Assembly (NCBI GenBank): GCA_046583315.1
Contig: JAYGCN010000034.1
Span: forward strand, 8,860-72,859
Origin: Candidatus Hydrogenedentota bacterium
Lineage (GTDB): Bacteria; Hydrogenedentota; Hydrogenedentia; Hydrogenedentales; GCA-2746185
Reading direction: 5' to 3'
DNA length: 64,000 bases
The notes beneath the pieces are model-generated. The model worked only from the letters and a program-made list of their open reading frames with translations, did no database searches and was not told where the DNA came from. Position numbers and translations under genes: made by a program. Every line of letters begins with the position of its first letter. Position 1 is the stretch's first letter. This document shows positions 19,363 through 28,887 of the stretch, in pieces.

Positions 19363-19545
19363 GTGCCAGTCCCAAAACGTAAAACGGGAAAAACCAAACG
19401 CAACATGCGTCGCTCCCACCATGCCATGAAGGCACCCAATCTCACCGAATGCCAGAGCTGCGGCGATCGCATCGTGCAACATCGCGTATGCCCCAAGTGT
19501 GGTTATTACAACACGCGCACGGTCCTCAACGTAGACGACGACTAG
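19363..19545 (+). CDS. rpmF: 50S ribosomal protein L32
   Basis: MPVPKRKTGKTKRNMRRSH...CQSCG...HRVCPKCGYY. Confidence 0.97.
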   Translation: MPVPKRKTGKTKRNMRRSHHAMKAPNLTECQSCGDRIVQHRVCPKCGYYNTRTVLNVDDD

Positions 19546-19578
19546 TCAAATCCACGTCAGACCGATCCGGGAGAGCCG

Positions 19579-20613
19579 ATGCGAATCGTAGTGGATGCTA
19601 TGGGGGCCGACAACGCACCTTTTCCAGAAGTGGAAGGGGCGGTCGAAGCCAGCTTGCTTGACGACATGGAGATTATCCTTGTCGGGGACGAAGCTGTACT
19701 CACCGCCGAACTCGCCAAACACACCAAACACGGCAATATCCGTATCGTACATGCCTCAGAACGCATCGAGATGCACGACACCCCGATGATCGCTATCCGA
19801 AAAAAGAAAGGCTCCTCTCTGCACGTCGGACTGCGTCTTCTCAAAGAGGGGAAAGCCGACGCCTTCCTCAGCGCAGGCAATACCGGTGCCGTCATGATGG
19901 GTTCGCGCGTAATCCTCGGCCCAATCCAAGGCGTAGCACGTTCCGCCATCTGCCAATCCCTGCCCACCATGGACGGCAGTCGCGTCGTCATCCTCGATCT
20001 CGGAGCCAACGTCGACTGCACCGCCGAACACCTCTCTCAATTCGCTGAAATGGGCCAAGTATTTGCGGAACTCACCCTCGGCATCGAAAACCCCAAGGTC
20101 GGCCTCATCAACATCGGCGAAGAGCAAGCCAAAGGCAACGACATCGCCAAAACGGTTCATCGCAACCTCACCGCCGCCGAACACATCAACTTCATCGGCA
20201 ACGTAGAACCCAAAGCCCTCTTCACTGGTAGCGTTGACGTCGTCGTGTGCGACGGATTTATCGGCAACATCATCCTCAAGACCACCGAATCCGTAGCAAG
20301 CCTCATGAAACAAATCATCAAGGAAGAACTCAAAAGTACATGGCTCTCCAAGCTCGGAGCACTGCTCAGCATCGGGGCATACAAAAACGTCAAAAAACGT
20401 TCCGATCCCAATGAACAGGTCGGCGCACACTTGCTCGGCGTCAACGGTATCGTCGTCATCCTCCACGGCTCCTGCACCGCCGTCGGCATCAAAAACGCCC
20501 TGCTCGGCACACGCGAAGACTTCAAACTCGGCCTTAATCAGCACATCCGTACCGGCATCGAAGAACTCCGCGGTGATGTCGAACGAATCGCCCAATCCGA
20601 GTCCAACGAGTGA
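19579..20613 (+). CDS. plsX: Phosphate:acyl-ACP acyltransferase PlsX
   Basis: VDAMGAD, SAGNTGA, LDLGANVD, VCDGFIGNIILK. Confidence 0.96.
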   Translation: MRIVVDAMGADNAPFPEVEGAVEASLLDDMEIILVGDEAVLTAELAKHTKHGNIRIVHASERIEMHDTPMIAIRKKKGSSLHVGLRLLKEGKADAFLSAGNTGAVMMGSRVILGPIQGVARSAICQSLPTMDGSRVVILDLGANVDCTAEHLSQFAEMGQVFAELTLGIENPKVGLINIGEEQAKGNDIAKTVHRNLTAAEHINFIGNVEPKALFTGSVDVVVCDGFIGNIILKTTESVASLMKQIIKEELKSTWLSKLGALLSIGAYKNVKKRSDPNEQVGAHLLGVNGIVVILHGSCTAVGIKNALLGTREDFKLGLNQHIRTGIEELRGDVERIAQSESNE

Positions 20614-21503
20614 GTTTGGCCTTTTTATTCCCCGGCCAGGGCAGCCAAACACCCGGCATGCTCAAAGATTTCTACGAAACGTCCCCACTAGCCCGCGCCG
20701 CTATTGATGAGGCCACAGCCATTCTCGGTGAAGACTTCCTCGACACCATGTTCAATGGCCCCGACGACGCACTACGCGACACACGTATGGCCCAACCCGC
20801 ACTCGTCACCGCTGGCATCGCCATCGCCGCGCACCTGAAGTCCCTGAACATCTCCCCCGCCCTCTGCGCCGGACACAGCATCGGAGAAATCGCGGCCCTC
20901 GCAGTAGCCGAAGTATTCTCTCCCGTAGATGCGATTCGTATCACACAAGAACGCGCACGCCTCATGGCCGAAGAATCCCCTGAAGGCACCATGGCCGCGG
21001 TAATAGGTCTCGCACCAGACGCGATAGAAAATGCCTTGCCCGGGGGCGCAGAGATCGCCAATTTCAATGGCCCCCAACAAACCATCATCTCGGGGACCAT
21101 CGAAGGCATCGAGGCAGCAAAGGATACCTTGAAGGAAGTCGGAGCCAAAAGCGTCATCCCACTCAACGTATCAGGCCCCTTCCACTCATCCTGCATGAAC
21201 GCTGCATCGGAAAAATTCAAACACTTCCTCGATGATTTCACTTTCACCGCACCCACCTGTACCTTCGTATCCTCAGTAACCGGCAAAGAAGAGTCTGACG
21301 CCGACACAATCAAACAGCTCCTGTGGAAACAACTCTACTCCCCCGTACGATGGACCGAAACCATGGAAACCATCGGAGCCGTGGACGCGCTCGAAGCTGG
21401 ACCCGGAAACGTGTTGCAGGGCATCGCACGTCGTATCGAAAACGCGCCATCCATCTCAGCATCCAGCACACTTGACGACATCGCGTCGATTCAGACAAAC
21501 TAG
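20610..21503 (+). CDS. fabD: Malonyl-CoA:ACP transacylase
   Basis: FPGQGSQ, AQPAL, GHSIGE, VSGPFHS, SPVRW. Confidence 0.96.
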   Translation: MSLAFLFPGQGSQTPGMLKDFYETSPLARAAIDEATAILGEDFLDTMFNGPDDALRDTRMAQPALVTAGIAIAAHLKSLNISPALCAGHSIGEIAALAVAEVFSPVDAIRITQERARLMAEESPEGTMAAVIGLAPDAIENALPGGAEIANFNGPQQTIISGTIEGIEAAKDTLKEVGAKSVIPLNVSGPFHSSCMNAASEKFKHFLDDFTFTAPTCTFVSSVTGKEESDADTIKQLLWKQLYSPVRWTETMETIGAVDALEAGPGNVLQGIARRIENAPSISASSTLDDIASIQTN

Positions 21504-21531
21504 ACACAACATCTAACCAAACGGGGTACCC

Positions 21532-22278
21532 ATGAGCCAATTCACCGATAAAGTCGTACTCGTCACCGGAGGCACCCGCGGCATCGGATGCGCCTGCGCC
21601 GAAGCCTTCGCTAAAGAAGGCGCCAATGTCGCCATCTGCGGCCGCAGTCAGGATTCCACCGAACAAGCGGCCGCCGAACTCAGCCAAGCCACCAACGGCA
21701 CCGTAAAAGGATACGCCTGCGACATCGGCAACTCCGGAGCCGTCAACGCGCTCATCAAATCCATCGCCGAAGACCTCGGCCCCATCACTATCCTCATCAA
21801 CAACGCCGGCATCACCAAAGACGGCCTCATCATGCGCATGAAAGACGAAGCCTGGTCCCAAGTATTCCAGACCAACCTCGACGGCACCTTCTACACCTGC
21901 CGCGCCGCATCCCGAGGCATGATGAAAGAACGCTTCGGACGCATCATCAACCTCTCCTCCATCGTCGGCATCCGCGGACAAGCCGGACAAACCAACTACT
22001 CCGCCGCCAAAGCAGGCGTCATCGGATTCTCTAAAGCCCTCGCACAAGAACTCGCCTCCCGAAACATCACCGTCAACGTCATCGCACCCGGATACATCCA
22101 AACCGACATGACCGCCGACCTCGGCGAAGAAGCCCACGAAGCATTCCTCAAACAAATCCCGGCAAAACGCGCCGGCACCCCCGAAGACATCGCCCAAGCC
22201 GCACTCTTCCTAGCCTCAGACGGCGCCGCCTACATAACAGGCCACGTCCTAAGCATAGACGGCGGTTTGGGAATGTAA
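21532..22278 (+). CDS. fabG: 3-oxoacyl-ACP reductase
   Basis: TGGTRGIG, NNAGITKDGL.MRM, GQTNYSAAKAG; follows fabD. Confidence 0.96.
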   Translation: MSQFTDKVVLVTGGTRGIGCACAEAFAKEGANVAICGRSQDSTEQAAAELSQATNGTVKGYACDIGNSGAVNALIKSIAEDLGPITILINNAGITKDGLIMRMKDEAWSQVFQTNLDGTFYTCRAASRGMMKERFGRIINLSSIVGIRGQAGQTNYSAAKAGVIGFSKALAQELASRNITVNVIAPGYIQTDMTADLGEEAHEAFLKQIPAKRAGTPEDIAQAALFLASDGAAYITGHVLSIDGGLGM

Positions 22279-22415
22279 CCTCCCCTCTTCGCAAACTACG
22301 AACATAGAGGTTACCCGAAGATCGAGAACCTTTGTACTGCAACACGATCAATCTCACATCGAAAAGTGCTCGACGTTACCTAAACACCTGAGGCGAACTG
22401 AAAAGGAAAGGTACG

Positions 22416-22784
22416 ATGATACATCCCTTAATATTCGCTGCTCCCTGTGCCGTGTTTGAGATAGTAACGTTCTATTGGTGGCATTGGCCATATAGACACT
22501 TGTTACCTGAGCGATTTCGCAAGCTTCTACTTTTCAAGGGATTCATGAAAGGAATCACCCTTGTGATCCTTACCTGTTTAGTTGCGCTGTATTCCCTACC
22601 ACTCGCCTGGCTATACGCCATCGCCCACACCTTGTTTGGTATCGCATTCCACGTGCTCTGGTGTCGAAAACGAGCCATCAATCCGATTACGGTTCAACCC
22701 CGAAGGGAATATGTACTGGCGACGACAGCTTGGGTAGATCGACTTGTGAAATTGGAAGAGGCTAGGCAAAACGCAAAGAATTGA
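22416..22784 (+). CDS. Hypothetical small membrane protein
   Basis: 122-aa hydrophobic ORF with an AAGG RBS; atypical codon usage. Confidence 0.6.
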   Translation: MIHPLIFAAPCAVFEIVTFYWWHWPYRHLLPERFRKLLLFKGFMKGITLVILTCLVALYSLPLAWLYAIAHTLFGIAFHVLWCRKRAINPITVQPRREYVLATTAWVDRLVKLEEARQNAKN

Positions 22785-22992
22785 CCTCCAATACCCCGAC
22801 AAACGACAGGACAATCGCGGCGGCTATCCACAGCTACCGATCTTGGATGGATTAGGTGCCACTCAATCCGTGTCAATGCCTTTTCTATTTGCCTTGATCG
22901 CGGACGGCCTTCCGCGAGGAACAACTATGAAGATGACAAGCTTCCTTGAAAGAATGGGGTGGCGCCAATAAAACTGATTTACCCTTTGAACG

Positions 22993-23025
22993 AAAAAGCC
23001 CGGCCTGCGTCTCCACAGGCCGGGC
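22993..23025 (-). terminator. Intrinsic terminator for prpB-prpC
   Basis: 10-bp GC stem gcccggcctg/caggccgggc with 8-nt loop, followed on the minus strand by TTTTT. Confidence 0.8.
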
Positions 23026-23068
23026 GAAAATTCTCATCACCATCCTGAAATGCTTTGGCATTTCCCGG

Positions 23069-23108
23069 CTTTTCTTTGGTTACTTTCTTTTCTCGAAAAG
23101 AAAGTAAC
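23069..23108 (+). repeat. Short intergenic hairpin element, copy 2
   Basis: cttttctttg-gttactttcttttc-tc-gaaaagaaagtaac, a perfect 14-bp inverted repeat; similar to 1818-1860. Confidence 0.65.
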
Positions 23109-24229
23109 TAGCGGTCACCGATTGCAGGTACCGGTCGTTCCTTCGGGCCGGTGTAGATGCTGAGCGGACGGTAGATGCGGTTGTCTTCGGTTTGTTCGAT
23201 GATGTGCGCGGCCCAGCCGGTGACACGGGACGCTACGAAGAGCGGCGTGTAGAGGTCAAGCGGGAGATCCAGCAGGAAGTAGGTCAATCCGCAGGGATAA
23301 TCCACGTTGGGGAAGATTTTCTTCTCATTGACCATTGGTTCCTTGATGGCGTCGTAGATAGCCATCCAGTTTTGTGCGCCCTTTTGTTCGGTCAGCTTCC
23401 GCAGTTCCGCTTCCAGGATTACCGCGCGGTGATCGCCGTTTTTATAGACGCGGTGGCCGAAGCCCATGACCTTGTCCTTACGCTCAAACGCCGTGCTCAA
23501 CCATTCACCCGCTTCTTCAGGCGTCTTGAACCGTTGCAGCATTTCCATCGCGGCTTCATTCGCACCACCGTGCAACGGACCCTTCAGCGCGCCAATCGCT
23601 CCGACTATCGAAGATGTCATGTCAGACATCGTCGACGTAATCACGCGTCCGGTAAACGTCGATGCATTAAAATCATGTTCCGCATAGAGTACCAGCGTAA
23701 GATCAATCAAACGTTCCGCCAATGCATCCGGCACTTCACCATGCGACTGATACAGAATCTGTGCGGCATGCGACAAGCCCGGTTTCGGGTCCAGCGGCTC
23801 ATTACCATTCAGCAAACGATAGCGTGCAGCGATAATCCCGGCTATTTGCGCCGTCAACCAGATGGCCCGCTGACGTTGCGTATCGGAATCTTCACCATCG
23901 GTCGGGTCAAAATGCCCCGCATACGAAACCATGCTCCGCAACACATCCATCATCGGCGTATCATTCGGAATCTTGCGCAACGCATCAATAATCGCGCCAT
24001 TCAGAGGACGATATTTTTCCAGCGACGCGTTCAGCTCATCAAGCTGAACCTGATTCGGCAAATACCCAAACAGCAGCAGATACGCGACTTCTTCAAAGGT
24101 CGAGTTCTGCGCCAAGTCTTCAATCGCATATCCACGATACAGCAACACACCCTGATCCACACACGCGATAGACGTTTCACCGGCGATCACTCCGGCCAAT
24201 CCCGGACTAAATGTTTGTTCTTCTGACAT
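23108..24229 (-). CDS. prpC: 2-methylcitrate synthase / citrate synthase
   Basis: LLYRGY, YAEHDFNASTF, LKGPLHGGANE, MGFGHRVY, PNVD; downstream of a methylisocitrate lyase. Confidence 0.88.
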   Translation of the reverse strand: MSEEQTFSPGLAGVIAGETSIACVDQGVLLYRGYAIEDLAQNSTFEEVAYLLLFGYLPNQVQLDELNASLEKYRPLNGAIIDALRKIPNDTPMMDVLRSMVSYAGHFDPTDGEDSDTQRQRAIWLTAQIAGIIAARYRLLNGNEPLDPKPGLSHAAQILYQSHGEVPDALAERLIDLTLVLYAEHDFNASTFTGRVITSTMSDMTSSIVGAIGALKGPLHGGANEAAMEMLQRFKTPEEAGEWLSTAFERKDKVMGFGHRVYKNGDHRAVILEAELRKLTEQKGAQNWMAIYDAIKEPMVNEKKIFPNVDYPCGLTYFLLDLPLDLYTPLFVASRVTGWAAHIIEQTEDNRIYRPLSIYTGPKERPVPAIGDR

Positions 24230-24271
24230 ATCTTTCTCTCTCCTTCTTGGTATGAATCAATGAAACTTAAA

Positions 24272-25135
24272 CTAACCAATGGGTGTATCGACTTTTCCGC
24301 CGTACCCCAATAAATCATACAATTCCTGACGCGTCTGCATTTGGTCGAGTGCCCCTTCGTTCGAGCCCGTCTCCTTGATAATCTGTAACACATTCTCCAT
24401 CGCCTTCATCGCGGTGCGCTGTAAGGTGACAGGGAAAATAACCATGTTGTACCCCATCGCGCCGAACTCATCAACCGACAGATACGGCGTCGTTCCAAAT
24501 TCCGTCATGTTCGCGAGCAGATAAGTATCCAGTTCCTTCGCGACCCGTTCGAATTCCTCGGCACTGCGCAGCCCTTCCGGAAAAATCGCGTCCGCACCCG
24601 CTTCCAAATACATCTGCGAGCGGCGAATCGTCTCATCCAGGTCAACCACGCCACGCGCATCACACCGCGCCATGACAATGAAGTCGTCCGACGTCTTCGC
24701 GTTCACCGCAGCTTCAATCTTCACGCAAAAATCTTCCGCAGGCACCAATTCCTTGCCAGCGAGATGGCCGCAACGTTTTGGGAACACCTGGTCTTCGAGA
24801 TGAATCGCGCTTACGCCAGCCTGTTCCAATACCTGCACCGTGCGCGCCGTATTCTCTGCTTCACCATACCCGGTATCCGCATCAGCCAATATAGGAATCG
24901 TCGTCGTGCGCGCAATCGCCGCAGAATGGGCCTCCGACTCCGAAAGCGTCGACAACCCCGTATCCGGCATGCCTACGACACTATTCGCCAGAACCGCGCC
25001 CGATAAATACATCGCCTTGAAACCCATTTGCTCAATCAACTGTGCACTCAGCGCATTAATGGCACCCGGCATAGACACACATCCCGCGTCCAGCAAAGCA
25101 CGAAAAGCAGCTGATCGTTCGGCAGAAGAAAGCAC
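24272..25135 (-). CDS. prpB: Methylisocitrate lyase
   Basis: DADTGYG, IHLEDQ..PKRCGH, GADAIFPE, LANMTEFG, MQTR.ELY; start uncertain (GTG 25135 chosen). Confidence 0.9.
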   Translation of the reverse strand: MLSSAERSAAFRALLDAGCVSMPGAINALSAQLIEQMGFKAMYLSGAVLANSVVGMPDTGLSTLSESEAHSAAIARTTTIPILADADTGYGEAENTARTVQVLEQAGVSAIHLEDQVFPKRCGHLAGKELVPAEDFCVKIEAAVNAKTSDDFIVMARCDARGVVDLDETIRRSQMYLEAGADAIFPEGLRSAEEFERVAKELDTYLLANMTEFGTTPYLSVDEFGAMGYNMVIFPVTLQRTAMKAMENVLQIIKETGSNEGALDQMQTRQELYDLLGYGGKVDTPIG

Positions 25136-25281
25136 GTTACTATTCCCTTTGAAAATACTCGAACAGAGGCCTAACAGAGGCTTATAGGATGCCAATCTAC
25201 CATAGGCAATGTCAAGAAGAGGGCCAATATCCATTGACAAAACCAATACTAGGTATTGGGCGTTATTGCCCTATTCGTTTC

Positions 25282-25755
25282 CTAGGGTGATACCAATCCG
25301 AACTGTCGATAGTGGTGGTTATTGTGTACGCCATGCGCGTGCGCCCAACGTCGAAGCGGCACATGGCCGAGCAACGGATGAATGTGTTTCTCCTTAAGAT
25401 GGGCGGCGCAATACAATACGAAGTCCTGCATTGCGTTCAACAGTTTCCCCTGTTCCTCGGAAAAACTCCCAACGTCATCCGAGATAAACATCGGTAACGA
25501 CTTCAATTTACCCTTCTTCCAGATAGTGAATAAATCGAAGAAAATCCACCCCGCCACATCCCGAATAATCGGAGGCGCGATCAACGTCATCTCATTATCC
25601 GGATCATCCAGCGAGAGCTCAATCGTACGCCGCAGATGCCACATCATCGGTTCCACCGACATCTCCCCCCACAACCGATCCGTATCCGCCCTCAACGCCT
25701 GCACGTTCTCCTGATGATACGCAAGATTCTCTAGGGTCAAATCTAAAATCGCCAC
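25282..25755 (-). CDS. DUF1569 / DinB-like protein
   Basis: WGEMSV..M.WH, HPLLG, H.NHH.RQFG pattern. Confidence 0.8.
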   Translation of the reverse strand: MAILDLTLENLAYHQENVQALRADTDRLWGEMSVEPMMWHLRRTIELSLDDPDNEMTLIAPPIIRDVAGWIFFDLFTIWKKGKLKSLPMFISDDVGSFSEEQGKLLNAMQDFVLYCAAHLKEKHIHPLLGHVPLRRWAHAHGVHNNHHYRQFGLVSP

Positions 25756-25775
25756 AGTGCAGCCTCCCTACTCGA

Positions 25776-26060
25776 TTAGACTTCCGGATTATGAATGACT
25801 TTCTTCCAACGCGACGCCTTCACCGATGAAAACAGTCCCGCCGTGACATACGGGTCATTCTCCATATACGCCTCCAGCGCCGCATCATCTTCACAGTCAA
25901 TAATAATGACGCTTCCGTTCATCGTCTCGCCATCTTCGGCAAAGGTCGGTCCTGCGGTAAATACGTTAAAATCCGCAATATAATCAAGATGCGCCTGACG
26001 GTTCGCCATGCGAATCTCAAGACTGTCCGGTTTATCCTCACACTGTATACAGTAAAGCAT
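25776..26060 (-). CDS. YciI family protein
   Basis: R..NRQAHLDY, AGP, GSVII, DPYVTAGLF. Confidence 0.9.
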   Translation of the reverse strand: MLYCIQCEDKPDSLEIRMANRQAHLDYIADFNVFTAGPTFAEDGETMNGSVIIIDCEDDAALEAYMENDPYVTAGLFSSVKASRWKKVIHNPEV

Positions 26061-26213
26061 GTTCTCTCCTTCGTTGAGATTGCTCCTTTGTCAGCCCAGA
26101 CTCTAACACAGCGATCTGGTGTTCGCATAACACCCCAATTGTATGAAACTACGAAGTATGATAGTCTGGTAAACTTTCCAAAGCGACAACACGACCGGAG
26201 TAACCAAGCCACC

Positions 26214-26774
26214 ATGGGGCTCACCATAGAATCCTGCGAGATACCCGATATTCTCGAAGTCACCTCAGACCTCTTTCCCGATGACCGCGGCTATTTCACC
26301 GAATTTCACAACGAGGCCGCTCTTCGTGATTCCGGGTTTGAGCATACCTTCGTCCAGGACAACCTCAGCCGCTCCTCCAAAGGTGTGCTCCGGGGACTCC
26401 ACTATCAGCTCAATCCCCACGCCCAAGGCAAACTCGTCCGCTGCATCACCGGAGCCATCTTCGACGTCGCCGTAGACATTCGCCAGGGATCCCCCACCTA
26501 TGGCCAACATGTCACACGCGAACTCAGCGCCGATCAAGGCAACGCATTATGGGTGCCCGAAGGATTCGCCCATGGTTTTCTTTCCCTGCAGGATGATACC
26601 TTCGTCATGTACAAATGCACGGCTGGCTGGGCCAACGGGGTCGAACGAACCATTCGCTACGACGATCCCGCTCTGGAAATCACATGGCCATCGGAACCCA
26701 CGCTCGTAAACGCCAAAGATCTCGACGGAAAAACACTATCCGAAACCGAAAACAACTTCACTTTCAAATCATAA
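26214..26774 (+). CDS. rfbC: dTDP-4-dehydrorhamnose 3,5-epimerase
   Basis: [48 protein letters not shown]; start at ATG 26214. Confidence 0.95.
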   Translation: MGLTIESCEIPDILEVTSDLFPDDRGYFTEFHNEAALRDSGFEHTFVQDNLSRSSKGVLRGLHYQLNPHAQGKLVRCITGAIFDVAVDIRQGSPTYGQHVTRELSADQGNALWVPEGFAHGFLSLQDDTFVMYKCTAGWANGVERTIRYDDPALEITWPSEPTLVNAKDLDGKTLSETENNFTFKS

Positions 26775-26793
26775 CGAACAAGGATATAGCCCT

Positions 26794-27687
26794 ATGAAAG
26801 GCATCGTGCTCTCCGGCGGCGCAGGATCGCGACTCCACCCGCTCACCCAAGTCATCAGCAAACAGTTACTACCCATCTACGACAAACCGATGATTTACTA
26901 TCCGCTCAGCACGCTGATGCTCTCGGGTATACGCGACATACTCCTGATTTCCACACCCGAAGATCTCCCCCTCTTCAAGCGACTCTTCGGCGATGGCCAT
27001 CAACTCGGCATCAAGATGTCCTACGAAGAACAAGCCAAGCCGGAAGGCCTCGCCCAAGCCTTCACGATCGGCGAAGAATTCCTTGCCGGAGAAGCCGCAT
27101 GCCTCATTCTCGGTGACAATATTTTCTACGGACACCGCATGACCGAGACTCTCGTCGGCGGCTCCATGCTCACCGAAGGCGCGCTCATCTTCGGTTACTA
27201 CGTCAGCGACCCCGAACGTTACGGCGTCGTTGAGTTCGATGAAGCGGGCAAAGCCGTCGGCCTCGAAGAAAAACCCGAGCACCCCAAAAGTCACTACGCA
27301 ATCCCCGGACTTTACTTCTACGATTCAGACGTCGTCGAAATCGCCAAAAAACTCAAACCCAGCCCCCGCGGCGAATACGAAATCACCGACCTAAATCGCG
27401 TCTATCTCGAGCAAGAACGCCTGCATGTGCAAGTGCTCGGACGCGGCACTGCCTGGCTCGATACCGGCACCAATCGCAGCCTCATGGAAGCCTCCCAATT
27501 CGTGCAATCAATCGAAGAACGCCAAGGTCTCAAAATCGCCTGTCTCGAAGAAATCGCTCTCCTGCAAGGCTGGATCAACGCCAAAGACGTAGAATCCATC
27601 GCCACCGGCATGGGAAAAAGCGCCTATGGGGCCTACCTCAACCAACTGATCACTCGCTATAAAAACGAGGGGATCATTCCCGAGTAA
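26794..27687 (+). CDS. rfbA: Glucose-1-phosphate thymidylyltransferase
   Basis: GGAGSRL.P.T...[37 protein letters not shown]. Confidence 0.96.
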   Translation: MKGIVLSGGAGSRLHPLTQVISKQLLPIYDKPMIYYPLSTLMLSGIRDILLISTPEDLPLFKRLFGDGHQLGIKMSYEEQAKPEGLAQAFTIGEEFLAGEAACLILGDNIFYGHRMTETLVGGSMLTEGALIFGYYVSDPERYGVVEFDEAGKAVGLEEKPEHPKSHYAIPGLYFYDSDVVEIAKKLKPSPRGEYEITDLNRVYLEQERLHVQVLGRGTAWLDTGTNRSLMEASQFVQSIEERQGLKIACLEEIALLQGWINAKDVESIATGMGKSAYGAYLNQLITRYKNEGIIPE

Positions 27688-27785
27688 ACCACATAATCCC
27701 TCAGCCCATGGAACTTCTCAGATGAATTTCGCATCTACTATCTAGTAAGGTACCCAATCACAACGAATTCAAGGGGGTTTCACCC

Positions 27786-28796
27786 GTGCGACAAAGCCAT
27801 TTCCGCTGTACCGCTCTACTGCTCACCGTCATACTCGCCTTTAACAGCCAAGCACAAGACGTCGAACCCTGCGCTGCCTTCCCAGGAGCCTTTGACAACT
27901 ATGAAGACTTCGTATTCACGAAGCTTGATGCCGACGGAGATCTCGACGATGATGGACTCCCCGAACAAGCCTCACTCGCGCTGATCGAAGCCGTCGCCTG
28001 CATCGATACCACCTCCGATATGAATGATGCGACATTCAACGCCTACAACATGAACCTTGCCGTCTTCGATCTGGAAGTCGACGTTAATCACCTGCTTCCC
28101 TATCGCAACACCATTGCCCTGCTCATGCTGATCGGGGCCGACGTGCAAGTCCAACTCAATGCAGCATTGCATGGCGTACTTCTTGGTACCTACGAAATCG
28201 TGCAATGTGACGGGGCCGAATGCACACCCGACCCCATTCCAGAAGTCGACGCATCCGTAGCCCTAATAACACGTTCCGTTGTAACCCGTGCCACAAACGA
28301 ACCCTACTCAGGCAGCGGTAACCTCGATCAAGACGGCACGGATAACGCCACTGAATATTCCAACGTGATAAGCCAGGGAGGTCGCACCCACGACTTCGTC
28401 GTAGCCGCCACCAGTCCCAATCTCAACGGTACCGAAGAAATTCGCAATCCCGGCGGTTCTAGCAGAGGCGGATGCTTCGTGGCAACCGCCGCATACGGCA
28501 CGCCACTCGCCAGTGAAATCGATACCCTGCGCATCTGGCGCGACGGCATGTTACTCGACAACGCATTGGGAACCGCATTCGTGGACACCTACTACCGACT
28601 CAGCCCTGCACTGGCCGATGTGATCGCCACGCGCCCCGTACTAAAGAACAGTGCACGAATCGTTCTCTATCCCGTCGTGTGGACGCTTCAATTCCCCGCG
28701 CTCGGCCTCGCCACTATTCTTATAGCCCTTGCATTTACAGGTTATTTCATCCTGAAAATATTCATTAAGAGCACGAAACGAGGAGTACAACGATAA
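27786..28796 (+). CDS. Exported acidic protein with C-terminal CFI-box-CTERM-like domain
   Basis: Signal peptide; DxDxD-type motifs; GGCFVATAAYG...LR.WRD..L....G..FV..YYRLSP followed by TM and basic tail. Confidence 0.8.
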   Translation: MRQSHFRCTALLLTVILAFNSQAQDVEPCAAFPGAFDNYEDFVFTKLDADGDLDDDGLPEQASLALIEAVACIDTTSDMNDATFNAYNMNLAVFDLEVDVNHLLPYRNTIALLMLIGADVQVQLNAALHGVLLGTYEIVQCDGAECTPDPIPEVDASVALITRSVVTRATNEPYSGSGNLDQDGTDNATEYSNVISQGGRTHDFVVAATSPNLNGTEEIRNPGGSSRGGCFVATAAYGTPLASEIDTLRIWRDGMLLDNALGTAFVDTYYRLSPALADVIATRPVLKNSARIVLYPVVWTLQFPALGLATILIALAFTGYFILKIFIKSTKRGVQR

Positions 28797-28887
28797 AATA
28801 GCGAAGGTTCTTGATGTTTGAAATGGAACTGTTTAATATAAAACGTATATTATACTCCCAAACAGTATTCACACAGACGGAGCCGAC

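Noticed and set aside
22275..22314. 8-bp inverted repeat gtaacctc/gaggttac after fabG
   Set aside because: Long, weakly paired interior and no U-tract; not enough to call a terminator or RNA element.
22785..22990. Possible small ORF or ncRNA in the gap before the prpC terminator
   Set aside because: Only ORFs under 40 codons with no recognisable motif or fold.
26214..27687. rfbC-rfbA as part of an O-antigen or capsule island
   Set aside because: No rfbB/rfbD, flippase, polymerase or compositional shift nearby; split rml genes are common.
28834..28852. Palindrome taatata-aaacg-tatatta upstream of the MMPL gene
   Set aside because: Could be an operator, but AT-only arms in an AT-rich promoter region arise easily by chance.
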